The notes under the pieces were generated by a model, which did not search any database, was not told the DNA's origin, and saw only the letters and a program-made list of their open reading frames with translations. A stretch of 64,000 bases of DNA from the NCBI GenBank assembly GCA_019425045.1, contig JAHYYI010000007.1, forward strand, positions 1,490 through 65,489, read 5' to 3'. The DNA is from Collinsella sp. GTDB taxonomy: Bacteria; Actinomycetota; Coriobacteriia; Coriobacteriales; Coriobacteriaceae. This document shows, one piece after another, positions 20,771 to 29,556 of this stretch. Position 1 is the first letter of the stretch; every line of letters begins with the position of its first letter. The position numbers and the translations under genes were made by a program.

Positions 20771-21451
20771 ATGCGGGTTTTGATCACGGGCGCTTCGGGC
20801 GGTATCGGAGCCGCGTGCGTGCAGCGCTTTTTGGACGAGGGCCACGAGGTCGTGGGCTTTGACCTGCTGCCGGCGACGGTTGAGCACGAGCGCTACCGCC
20901 ATCTGATCGTTGATGTACGCGAGCCTAACTCGTTTCCAGGCGACCTTGAGCCTCAGGTAATCGTGAACGTTGCCGGTGTACAGGATTCGGCCGATGACAT
21001 TGCCGCCAACCTGCGTGGCACCATCAACGTGACCGAGCGCTACGCCTTTGTGGGAGAGGGGCTTGCCGCCAAGCCAGCGCCTGCTATCCAATCCGTGGTC
21101 AATGTGGGGTCGGCGAGCGGACATACGGGATCGGAGTTTCCCGCCTATGCTGCCAGCAAGGGTGGCGTTATCGCCTACACCAAGAACCTTGCAAACCGCC
21201 TGGCGCCGCAGGCCATCGCCAACAGTGTGGACCCGGGCGGCGTTATCACGCCGCTCAACCGTTGCGTGATGGAAGACGAACGCCTGTGGAACCAGATTAT
21301 GGAGCTTACGCCGCTTAAGCGCTGGGCCACCGCCCAAGAGATCGCCGAGTGGATCTACTTTGTGGGCGTGACCAACCGTTTTATGACCGGGCAGAGCTTG
21401 CTGATCGATGGCGGCGAGGCCGGCCGCACGCAATTTATTTGGCCCGAATAG
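20771..21451 (+). CDS. Short-chain dehydrogenase/reductase
   Basis: TGASGGIG, NVAG, YAASK, TGQSLLIDGG. Confidence 0.92.
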   Translation: MRVLITGASGGIGAACVQRFLDEGHEVVGFDLLPATVEHERYRHLIVDVREPNSFPGDLEPQVIVNVAGVQDSADDIAANLRGTINVTERYAFVGEGLAAKPAPAIQSVVNVGSASGHTGSEFPAYAASKGGVIAYTKNLANRLAPQAIANSVDPGGVITPLNRCVMEDERLWNQIMELTPLKRWATAQEIAEWIYFVGVTNRFMTGQSLLIDGGEAGRTQFIWPE

Positions 21452-21452
21452 G

Positions 21453-21488
21453 AAACGCGCCCGATGGAAAGCCGTCGGGCGCGTTTTT
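21453..21488 (+). terminator. Rho-independent terminator, possibly bidirectional
   Basis: AAACGCGCCCGATGG-AAAG-CCGTCGGGCGCGTTTTT. Confidence 0.8.
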
Positions 21489-21501
21489 GATGTATCGGTT
21501 T

Positions 21502-22227
21502 TTAGCCGAGGCAAGTCCAGTTGACGGGGGTCGAGCCGTGCTGTTCGAGTAGCCGATTGGCAGCGGAGAAGGGGCGCGACCCCATAAAGGCGGGGAGTTC
21601 TGCCGTGGCGCGGTTGGCCGAAAGCGGCGAGGGGTGCGTAGAGGCCAGACAGAACTTGCCGGTTGCTTTTCCCGCGCCGGTCGCGGCGAGCTTGCCTTCG
21701 ACCATCTGCTGGGCAAAGCGACCCCATGCCAAAAAGACGACCGGCTGGGGCAGCTGACAGCAGCGTTCGATGACGTAATCGGTCAGGGTGCTCCAGCCCA
21801 GCTTGGCGTGCGAGTTGGCGGCATGCTCGCGCACGGTGAGCGTCGTGTTGAGGAGCAGGACGCCCTGTTGTGCCCATGGGGTTAGGTCTCCCGTGGCGGG
21901 AATGGGACAACCCAGATCGGCGTTGAGTTCCTTATAGATGTTGCGCAGGCTCGGCGGCAGCTTGGTTTGCGACGCGGGGACCGAGAACGATAACCCCATG
22001 GCCTGGTTGGGTCCGTGATAGGGATCTTGACCCAAAATGACAACCTTGACCTGGTTGGCCGGCGTATAGGCGAGGGCATTGAGGATGTCGTCTTGTGCCG
22101 GGTAGATAGTCTGCTCGGCACGTAAAAGGGCGATGCGCTCGAGCAGCTGGTTCGTTGTGTCACGTACCGGCTGCGGCGCATCGCCCAACCAAGTTGCTAT
22201 GTTGCGGTCGCGAGTTGCGGTGTCCAT
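21502..22227 (-). CDS. ung: Uracil-DNA glycosylase (family 1)
   Basis: GQDPYH, GLSFS, GVLLLN, HPSPLS. Confidence 0.95.
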   Translation of the reverse strand: MDTATRDRNIATWLGDAPQPVRDTTNQLLERIALLRAEQTIYPAQDDILNALAYTPANQVKVVILGQDPYHGPNQAMGLSFSVPASQTKLPPSLRNIYKELNADLGCPIPATGDLTPWAQQGVLLLNTTLTVREHAANSHAKLGWSTLTDYVIERCCQLPQPVVFLAWGRFAQQMVEGKLAATGAGKATGKFCLASTHPSPLSANRATAELPAFMGSRPFSAANRLLEQHGSTPVNWTCLG

Positions 22228-22315
22228 GGGGCTCCTTTACGGCAGATGCTCTGTTGGCATCTATTGTAAAGGCGCACCGGTTGCCTTTATGCCGCGGCTG
22301 CATGAAGAGTGGGGT

Positions 22316-23218
22316 CTACGAGACGCGCTCGGGCGCTCCTGCCATGTGAGCGTGTCCTTGCGAGCGAAGGCGCGGGAGCTCGACGGTTGCCACCATCACA
22401 CCGGTGAGGATGAGGGCGGCGCCAAAGAAGGCGATGGGGCTCAGGACCTCGCCGACCAGGAAGAACGAGAAGACGGCGGAGCAGACCGGCTCCAGCGAGA
22501 AGGCAAAGCCGGTGGTCTCGGCGGGCACGTGGGGCTGCACGAGCGTCTGGGTGATAAAGCCGTAGGCAGAGCAGATGAGTGCGAGCGCGACGACCACGAC
22601 GATTTCGTTGGGCGTGCTGGGAAGCGTGAAGCCGCCAAAGGTGCACGCGGCGATGCCCGAGAACAGGCCGCCAAAGCCCAGCTGCCAAACACCCAAGGCC
22701 AGTGGGTCGACTTCTTCGACAAAGCGCTTGGCTACGATAATGTGGCTGGCATAGATAAAGGCTGAGAGCAACATGATGATCGCGCCGGGATTCAGGCTGG
22801 TAAAGTCGGCACCCGAGAGCAGCAGCATACCGCAGGTGACGATGGCGGTGCCGATGAGTACCTTGCGCTCGGGGGCGCGACGCAGCAGGGCGGCGTTGGC
22901 AAACGGCACGATCACGACCGTCAGGCTCTGCAAAAAGCCAGCGGTGGAGGCGGAGGTGAGGCTGGAGCCCAGGCACATGCAGGTGAGCTCGGTTGCCATG
23001 ATGGCGCCGATGATGGCGGCGCGAACCATCAGGTCACGGTTGATGCGCAGCGCGTGCTTGTGAAAGAGCACAAGGCAAGCTGCAAAGGCGATGATGCAGC
23101 GCAGCGCAACGATGCTCGTGGCGTTCATGCTGTCCATGCCGATCTTCATGAGGGGGTACGAAAAGCCCCATGCGACGGGAACGGAAAATGAGAGCGCGAT
23201 TGCTTTTTTGCGATCCAT
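22316..23218 (-). CDS. DMT/EamA family transporter
   Basis: About 10 TM, WGFSY, SLEPV; divergent from a LysR gene. Confidence 0.88.
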   Translation of the reverse strand: MDRKKAIALSFSVPVAWGFSYPLMKIGMDSMNATSIVALRCIIAFAACLVLFHKHALRINRDLMVRAAIIGAIMATELTCMCLGSSLTSASTAGFLQSLTVVIVPFANAALLRRAPERKVLIGTAIVTCGMLLLSGADFTSLNPGAIIMLLSAFIYASHIIVAKRFVEEVDPLALGVWQLGFGGLFSGIAACTFGGFTLPSTPNEIVVVVALALICSAYGFITQTLVQPHVPAETTGFAFSLEPVCSAVFSFFLVGEVLSPIAFFGAALILTGVMVATVELPRLRSQGHAHMAGAPERVS

Positions 23219-23376
23219 GGGACTCCTTTTGTTACAGAACGGTTTCGCAAAAAGGATTCTGCTCCCAGATATGGATGTAGTAAAGCGAATGTATCTTCAG
23301 TATGATTAAGAAATACTAATGCTAGTAGAAAAAGCCCTGGCAAAACGTTTTACGGCTACATCGATGTGGAGGCACG

Positions 23377-24243
23377 ATGGCATCGCGGTATCAGATTGTT
23401 TGTATGGTGGTCGATTGCGGCAGTCTTAAGGGCGCGGCCGACGAACTGGGCTATACGCAAAGTGCGGTGAGCCAGGCCGTCAAAGCGCTCGAGCGCGAGC
23501 TGGGTACCACGCTTATCGAGCGCGGTAAGCAGGGCGTTTCGCTTACGCGCGACGGTAAACAATATCTGCCGTTCCTGCGCCAGATTGTGACCGCTGAGGC
23601 CGAGCTCGAGGGCAAGCGCCAGGAGCTGCTGGGGTTCTCCTCGACTGATATTCGCATTGCGACATTTACCAACGTGAGTCGTACCGTGTTGCCACGCGTG
23701 ATCCGCGACTTTGGTGCGCTGCACCCGGGCGTACGCTTTACCCTCAAGCAGGGCGATTACACGCGCAACGCTCAATGGGTACACGATGGCGTGGTTGATT
23801 TTTGTTTTACGGCGCGCGGATTTACCGCTGGGCTCGAGAAGCGCGTGGTCTATCACGACGAGTTGGTAGCATTGTTGCCGGCCGCGCATCCGCTGACGGC
23901 AAAGGAAAAGGTGACACTCGCCGACCTGGCGTCCGAACCGTTTGTGTTACTGGATGAGGGCGAGCAGAGCCTGGTGCTCGATGCATTCGCGGCGCACGGG
24001 CTGTCGCCGCACGTGACGAGTGAGGTCACCGACGACTACACCATCATGGCGATGGTGGAGGAGGGCCTAGGCGTAAGTATGCTGTATCGCCGTACCGTCG
24101 AGGGCATGCGGGCCGATATCCGCGTACGTCCCATCGTGCATGCTCCCTCGCGCGACGTGGTGGCAGCTTGGCGCAGCTGGGACACCATGCCTATCGCCAC
24201 GAGGCGTTTTATCGACTATATGAGCTCGCATATTGTCAATTAA
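23377..24243 (+). CDS. LysR family regulator
   Basis: AADELGYTQSAVSQ, DDYTIMAMVEEGLGVS. Confidence 0.93.
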   Translation: MASRYQIVCMVVDCGSLKGAADELGYTQSAVSQAVKALERELGTTLIERGKQGVSLTRDGKQYLPFLRQIVTAEAELEGKRQELLGFSSTDIRIATFTNVSRTVLPRVIRDFGALHPGVRFTLKQGDYTRNAQWVHDGVVDFCFTARGFTAGLEKRVVYHDELVALLPAAHPLTAKEKVTLADLASEPFVLLDEGEQSLVLDAFAAHGLSPHVTSEVTDDYTIMAMVEEGLGVSMLYRRTVEGMRADIRVRPIVHAPSRDVVAAWRSWDTMPIATRRFIDYMSSHIVN

Positions 24244-24270
24244 TGACTGGCGTGACGTTGAGTGCGGTGT

Positions 24271-25653
24271 TTAGCGGGCTGTCGCTTTGGCTTGGGCGGT
24301 GTGATAGGTGCGTGCCGGGTGGCAGAGCAATACCGCCACGACCATAAAGAATGCCGTGGTGCCCAGGCTGATGGGGTAGACCATCATGATGTTCGCAAAG
24401 GTACGGAAGTGCGGGAACACGCAGAATACCCAATAGAAGCGAATGCCGCAGACGCAGATCATGGTGATGAGGGCGGGCATGAGCGAGATGCCAAAGCCGC
24501 GCAGGTAGCCGGACATGTTTTCGTAAAACATGCTAAAGGCGTATGCCGGGAAGATCGAACACACGCGGATGTAGCCGATCGAGACGATGTTGGGGTCGCT
24601 GTTAAAGAGCGATAGGATCTCGCGCCCCAGACCGACGATAACGATAATCGTGGTGAGTGCAACGATACCGCCTTCGATCAGGCAGACCTTGAGCGTCTTG
24701 GTGCAGCGGTCGATCTGGCGAGCGCCGTGGTTTTGTCCCACAAAGGTGGTGCAAGCCTGGCTAAAGCTGTTGAGCAGGTTGTAGCACACGTACTCCAAGC
24801 TCATGGCGGCGCTTGATGCCGCCATGACCTCGGTGCCCAAGCTGTTGATGGCGGACTGGATGATGATGTTGGCGACGGCAAAGACAGCGCTTTGGATGCC
24901 GGCGGGCAGGCCGATCTTGACGATGCGCTTGAGGGCGACGGGGTCTAAGCCTAAGTCGCGTGGGGTGACGCGGACGACGGAGTCGGTCTTGAGCAGGTGG
25001 ACAAAGAGTGTGGCGGCGCTGACGGTGTAGGCGATGGCGGTGGCGATGGCGACGCCCGTGACGCCCCAGTGGAGCACGGGGACAAAGATGAGGTCCAGGC
25101 CAATGTTGAGGACGGTGGACACGGCGAGCGCCTGCAGCGGCATGCGGGTGATGCCGACGGAGCGGAAGATCGCGGCCTCAAAGTTGTAGAGCAAGATCGA
25201 GGGCATGCTGAGCAAAAAGACGCGCAGGTAGAGCGAGGCGAGCGGCATGGTCTCGGCAGGCACGTTGAGCGCAGCGAGCATGGGCTCGGCAAAGATCTCG
25301 CCCAGTGCGATGACGACAAAGCCCACGAGCGCCATTAAAATCGAGGTATGGACGGCGCGTTTGACCATGTTCTGATCGTTGCGGCCGATAGCGTTGGCGA
25401 TGACCACGTTGGAGCCAAGCGACATGCCAATAAAAAGGTTGAGCATAAGACTGGTAAGCGGAACATTGGAGCCGACCGCCGCCATGGCGAGGGTTCCCTG
25501 GTCGCCCGAGAAGTTACCGATGATGACCGTGGCGATGAGGTTCGACAGCTGCTCAAGGATGCTCGTGGCGGCGACGGGGAAAGCGAACAGGGGAATATTG
25601 CGCCACAGCGAGCCGGTGGTCATGTCGATGTGCTTAGATGCGGTGTCTGCCAT
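24271..25653 (-). CDS. MATE family efflux transporter
   Basis: DMTTGS, LNIGLDLIFV, GVAIAT, GQNHGA. Confidence 0.92.
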   Translation of the reverse strand: MADTASKHIDMTTGSLWRNIPLFAFPVAATSILEQLSNLIATVIIGNFSGDQGTLAMAAVGSNVPLTSLMLNLFIGMSLGSNVVIANAIGRNDQNMVKRAVHTSILMALVGFVVIALGEIFAEPMLAALNVPAETMPLASLYLRVFLLSMPSILLYNFEAAIFRSVGITRMPLQALAVSTVLNIGLDLIFVPVLHWGVTGVAIATAIAYTVSAATLFVHLLKTDSVVRVTPRDLGLDPVALKRIVKIGLPAGIQSAVFAVANIIIQSAINSLGTEVMAASSAAMSLEYVCYNLLNSFSQACTTFVGQNHGARQIDRCTKTLKVCLIEGGIVALTTIIVIVGLGREILSLFNSDPNIVSIGYIRVCSIFPAYAFSMFYENMSGYLRGFGISLMPALITMICVCGIRFYWVFCVFPHFRTFANIMMVYPISLGTTAFFMVVAVLLCHPARTYHTAQAKATAR

Positions 25654-25844
25654 ACGCTCTCAATCTCTAATATGCTCTTTCGTGCTTATTTGCGCAGACG
25701 ATGATACTCCTAATCGACTAGTCGGCACTTAGGGACATTCCTTTTCTGCCGGCAGCTGGGGGACACTCCTTGTCTCTTCTATGACTAGATGGGGAAGGCG
25801 TGCGACAATGGTGGGCGTTGTGTTGTTCGCGCTAAGGAGTTGCC

Positions 25845-26657
25845 ATGTTGTTGTGTCCCGTTTGCCATGAGCCGTTGGTGGACGATGAGCGCGGTGCTGT
25901 GTGCGCGGGCGGACACCGGTTTGATCGTGCGCGCGAGGGCTATCTGTATCTACTGCGCTCGTCCAAGAGCGGCGACTCCATGGGCGATCCCAAGTCGCAG
26001 GCGCGTAGTCGTCGCGACTTTCTGAACCGCGGTTACTATGCGCCGTTGCGCGATGCGATGGTCGAGCTGGTGCGCAAGCAGGTGTCTGGGCGCGCGGCGT
26101 CTGCAGGCGTCCCCATGACCTTGCTCGATATTTGCTGCGGCGAGGGCTACTACACTAGCGCCATGGGTGCGGTGCCGGACGTGGATGCTTACGGTTTCGA
26201 CCTGGGCAAGGAGATGGTGCGCCTGGCCGCCAAGCGCGGCGATGCGACCTACTTTGTGGCCAATATGAAGGACATCCCCGTGGCCGATGGCGCCTTCGAT
26301 ATGGTGACCGAGCTCTTCGCTCCCTTTAACGAGCGCGAGTTTGCCCGCGTGCTGGCGCCCGAGGGCTCGCTCTACACCGTGGTGCCGGGTGCCCGTCATC
26401 TGTTTGGGCTCAAGGAGGTGCTCTACGACACGCCGTACCTTAACGACGAGAAGCTGCCGAAGACGACCGAGCTCGAGTTGGTGGGAACGCAGCGGGTGTC
26501 TGCGAACATTACGCTCCAGACCCAGGCTGACATCGAGGCGGTGTTCCAGATGACGCCGTACTACTACCGTACGCGCCCCGCCGACAAAGAGCGCCTGGCA
26601 AACCTGGACACCCTTCAAACCGATATCGACTTCATCATCGCCGAGTACCGCCACTAA
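25845..26657 (+). CDS. RlmA-like 23S rRNA m1G methyltransferase
   Basis: N-terminal CPVC..C..H zinc finger, FDRAREGY, DICCGEGYY, MTPYYY. Confidence 0.85.
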   Translation: MLLCPVCHEPLVDDERGAVCAGGHRFDRAREGYLYLLRSSKSGDSMGDPKSQARSRRDFLNRGYYAPLRDAMVELVRKQVSGRAASAGVPMTLLDICCGEGYYTSAMGAVPDVDAYGFDLGKEMVRLAAKRGDATYFVANMKDIPVADGAFDMVTELFAPFNEREFARVLAPEGSLYTVVPGARHLFGLKEVLYDTPYLNDEKLPKTTELELVGTQRVSANITLQTQADIEAVFQMTPYYYRTRPADKERLANLDTLQTDIDFIIAEYRH

Positions 26658-26691
26658 TCTACCAAAAAGGGACAGGTTTATTTTGGCAGGT
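26657..26691. repeat. REP-like palindrome, family C copy 1
   Basis: ATCTACCAAAAAGGGACAGGTTTATTTTGGCAGGT; copy at 46047. Confidence 0.8.
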
Positions 26692-26708
26692 TTTATCTGG
26701 GCAAATGC

Positions 26709-26746
26709 AAAGGGCCGACCGCGGAGATGTGCGATCGGCCCTTTTT
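26709..26746. terminator. Terminator hairpin between convergent genes
   Basis: AAAGGGCCGA...TCGGCCCTTTTT. Confidence 0.7.
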
Positions 26747-26782
26747 AGTTGCTTGGCTGCAGAGGCTATGAGAAGCGAGCGC

Positions 26783-27184
26783 TTACAGGCGGTCCTTGTT
26801 CTCGGCCTTGACGGCGTGCGCCTGCTGAACAAAGAACAGGTCGTACACCACGATGACAAAGGCGCCAAAGTTGATGGCGTCGCCGCCAAACGCGGGAAGC
26901 GTGAGCACCGCCTGGGCAAGCGTGGCGACTGCAGCAACGATACCGAGCTTAAACGCGCCGTCAACCTGCGAAGGCTTGTTGGCACCCGTGATGCCCGCAA
27001 CGCCCGCGGCAAGATCGATGAGGCCCTTGGCGATAATCACGGCCGCGGCGAGCATGGCGTTCGATCCGTAGGTGGACTCGAACTTGCCGGTCGCGATGCC
27101 GGCGATTCCTATGACGAGACTGGCGATGCCCAGAACAAAATAAATCAGGGCAAGGATTTTGAGTGTCTTGCGAGTGAAGCTCAT
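26783..27184 (-). CDS. Hypothetical 4-TM membrane protein
   Basis: Hydrophobic ORF; GAAAGGA RBS before MSFTRK. Confidence 0.75.
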   Translation of the reverse strand: MSFTRKTLKILALIYFVLGIASLVIGIAGIATGKFESTYGSNAMLAAAVIIAKGLIDLAAGVAGITGANKPSQVDGAFKLGIVAAVATLAQAVLTLPAFGGDAINFGAFVIVVYDLFFVQQAHAVKAENKDRL

Positions 27185-27411
27185 GGCTGGTCCTTTCGAT
27201 ACGAGTACGCCAACCTGGCGCACCCTATGTGCTGCACATATGGTGAAGCACATTGTAGTTCAACGCGGCGATGCATGCGCCTGAAAGCGTCTCTTGCCTG
27301 CACGGTTCAACCTTTCAAAAAGGAAAGCTGGACGTAAGTCAAATCGATGGCAGCGCATGCGCGGCGCTGCGATGATGAGGCCATGGTAAGAGCTGGACCG
27401 AAGGAGGAGCC

Positions 27412-27555
27412 ATGATGTACGGAGTCAAGCAAGTGGATGAGCCGCGGTCGCTGGGAAGGCGCATGAGTGATTCTGTGATCGCTGCCGTGTGCACGGTATT
27501 GATGGCGGTGCTTTGCATTGGGATGCTGTGGACCATGTCGCATGTGGGACAATAA
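27412..27555 (+). CDS. Small (47 aa) single-TM protein, absent from the ORF track
   Basis: AAGGAGG RBS; MMYGVKQVDEPRSLGRRMSDSVIAAVCTVLMAVLCIGMLWTMSHVGQ. Confidence 0.6.
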   Translation: MMYGVKQVDEPRSLGRRMSDSVIAAVCTVLMAVLCIGMLWTMSHVGQ

Positions 27556-27618
27556 CGGACGGTTGGGTGCCGACATGAATGGCGCCCATGTATTCGTTTT
27601 GTTTGCTAAGGAGTGTCC

Positions 27619-28323
27619 ATGGGCGTCGTCGATCCCTTTTCTGTTGCTCGGGCTGCTGGGCTCGAGCTCGTGCGGACGTCCGAGGGCCTTACGCTCACCG
27701 ACGGCACGATGGAGTTGCGTGCCGATTTTGGCCGCATGCTTCCACGGCTCAAGCAGGGTCGTCTGCAGCAAGAGCTGTTGGTAAAGGCTGCGCGCACAAA
27801 AGGCATCGAACAACCATGGGCGATTGACGCCACGGCAGGCTTTGGCGAGGATTCGCTGCTGCTGGCGGCAGCGGGCTTTACCGTCGATCTGTATGAGCAG
27901 GATTGCGTGATCGCGGCGCTGCTCCAGGATGCCCTGGATCGCGCGGCAGATGATTCGGCGCTTGCGGCCGCCGTGGCGCGCATGCACTTACATGCGGGCG
28001 AGGACAGCATTGCCGGCCTTCGCCATACGGCTGAGCTGGTCGAGCGCGATGAGCTCGCGGCTCCCGATGTGGTGTATCTGGACCCCATGTTTCCTGAGCG
28101 CACCAAGAGCGCGGCGGTCAAAAAGAAGTTCCAGCTCTTGCACCATCTGGAACAGCCGTGTGCCGATGAGGAGACGCTGGTTAAAACTGCGCTTGCAGTG
28201 CGGCCGCGCAAGGTCGTTATCAAACGGCCGGTGAAGGGCCCATTGCTTGCCGGCGTTAAGCCGAGCTATCAGCTTGCGGGCAAGGCCGTCCGCTACGATG
28301 TTTTGGTGCCGCCGCGCCCGTAG
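27619..28323 (+). CDS. RsmJ/YhiQ-like SAM-dependent rRNA methyltransferase
   Basis: DATAGFGEDS, VYLDPMFP, VVIKRP, RYDV. Confidence 0.85.
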   Translation: MGVVDPFSVARAAGLELVRTSEGLTLTDGTMELRADFGRMLPRLKQGRLQQELLVKAARTKGIEQPWAIDATAGFGEDSLLLAAAGFTVDLYEQDCVIAALLQDALDRAADDSALAAAVARMHLHAGEDSIAGLRHTAELVERDELAAPDVVYLDPMFPERTKSAAVKKKFQLLHHLEQPCADEETLVKTALAVRPRKVVIKRPVKGPLLAGVKPSYQLAGKAVRYDVLVPPRP

Positions 28324-28390
28324 CCTGCGCGTGATGGCCGGCGATGTGTCGGTGCCGTGCCGCTGCGTGAGCGCCGCTCCGTTGCGGAGC

Positions 28391-28687
28391 CTATTTCCAA
28401 GGATGCGACGTCAGATGCCACCCGCCGCAGTATTCGCATTTGTAGCAGGCCAAACCACGCCGTCCACGGTTTTCGCAGTCGGCCATAACGGCCTCGGCCT
28501 CGGCGCGTGTGTCGTAGCGGTTTTTGCGCTCGCACGATTTGTAGCGCCAAGCCTCATCGCGCTCGGCGTCCAGGGCATCGCGGCGCTCGTCCTCGCGCGC
28601 AAACAGGTCGCTCATATCGCCGCCGGTGGCAGCGCCCAAAAACTCGCTTTTGGCCTTTGACCAGGCGGCTCGCTTTTTGCTTCCCAT
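28391..28687 (-). CDS. Small conserved hypothetical protein with a zinc-finger-like motif
   Basis: C..K.RY...YKCEYCGGWHLT; AAGGAG RBS. Confidence 0.75.
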   Translation of the reverse strand: MGSKKRAAWSKAKSEFLGAATGGDMSDLFAREDERRDALDAERDEAWRYKSCERKNRYDTRAEAEAVMADCENRGRRGLACYKCEYCGGWHLTSHPWK

Positions 28688-28760
28688 CCGCTCCTTGCCC
28701 TTTCCAAACGCTGGTATCATTGCTCAATCAAAGTGATACCAATAAACGTGAGGTCGCCGC

Positions 28761-29252
28761 GTGATGATCAGAAAAACCCTCGAGACCGACATTCCCGCCG
28801 TCATGGCTATCTATGATGCCGCCTGCGCCTTTATGCGCGCGCATGGCAACGCCACGCAGTGGCCCGAGGGCACGCCTTCGGCCGAGCAGCTGGCTGCCGA
28901 TATCGCCGCCGGTGGCAGCTATGTGTGCGAAGTCGACGGTCGCGTGGTGGCGACGTTTGCCTTTTTGCCGGGCCCGGACGAGTGCTATGACGTCATCGAG
29001 GACGGTCAGTGGCGCAGCGACACTCCGTACGCCGTGCTGCACCGCGTGGCGTCCGACGGCACCGTGCACGGTATCGCGGCCGCGATGTTTGCCTTTGCCA
29101 AGGAGCGTGCCGACCATCTGCGTATCGATACGCACGCGGACAACCTGCCCATGCAGGGTGCGAGCCTCAAGGCAGGGTTCGAGCGCGCCGGCGTCGTGTA
29201 TGTGTCCGACGGCACGCCGCGCGTTGCGTTCGACTGGCTGCGCGAGGCATAA
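28761..29252 (+). CDS. GNAT family N-acetyltransferase
   Basis: GNATQW, VLHRVAS, RIDTHADNLPMQ. Confidence 0.88.
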   Translation: MMIRKTLETDIPAVMAIYDAACAFMRAHGNATQWPEGTPSAEQLAADIAAGGSYVCEVDGRVVATFAFLPGPDECYDVIEDGQWRSDTPYAVLHRVASDGTVHGIAAAMFAFAKERADHLRIDTHADNLPMQGASLKAGFERAGVVYVSDGTPRVAFDWLREA

Positions 29253-29286
29253 GGGCCGAGTCACATACCAGCGTTTCATCGAAATG

Positions 29287-29312
29287 AAAATGGCCCCGCG
29301 TGGGGCCATTTT
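29287..29312 (+). terminator. Rho-independent terminator
   Basis: AAAATGGCCCC-GCGT-GGGGCCATTTTT. Confidence 0.75.
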
Positions 29313-29556
29313 TGGTAAAACGCGTCGTTGTGGGACTCGCATTGTTACCGCCTCAGATGAGACCGGGCAGACAAAAGGGGAGGTGCCGGCTTTCGTAAGG
29401 CGCGAACCTACGAAAATCGCCGCGCGGCAACGCAGGGCGATGAGCTTGGTCGGGGGATAGGGCCCGCTTCGCCCGCCGGCCCGTAAATTGTATCATCCAG
29501 TGTGGAACGAGGATGCCCGTTGCCGAGTGCGACGGGCTTGCAATAAGAGGAGAGCC

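Noticed and set aside
20018..21910. Long antisense ORFs (also 29353-31833, 33359-34717, 35916-37259, 55505-56983 and others)
   Set aside because: Shadow frames opposite well-supported genes in high-GC DNA; no recognisable motifs.
25717..25788. Possible degenerate family-B repeat (GACTAG, GGGACATTCC, GGGGACACTCC)
   Set aside because: Shares short words but lacks clear palindromic arms; too weak to call.
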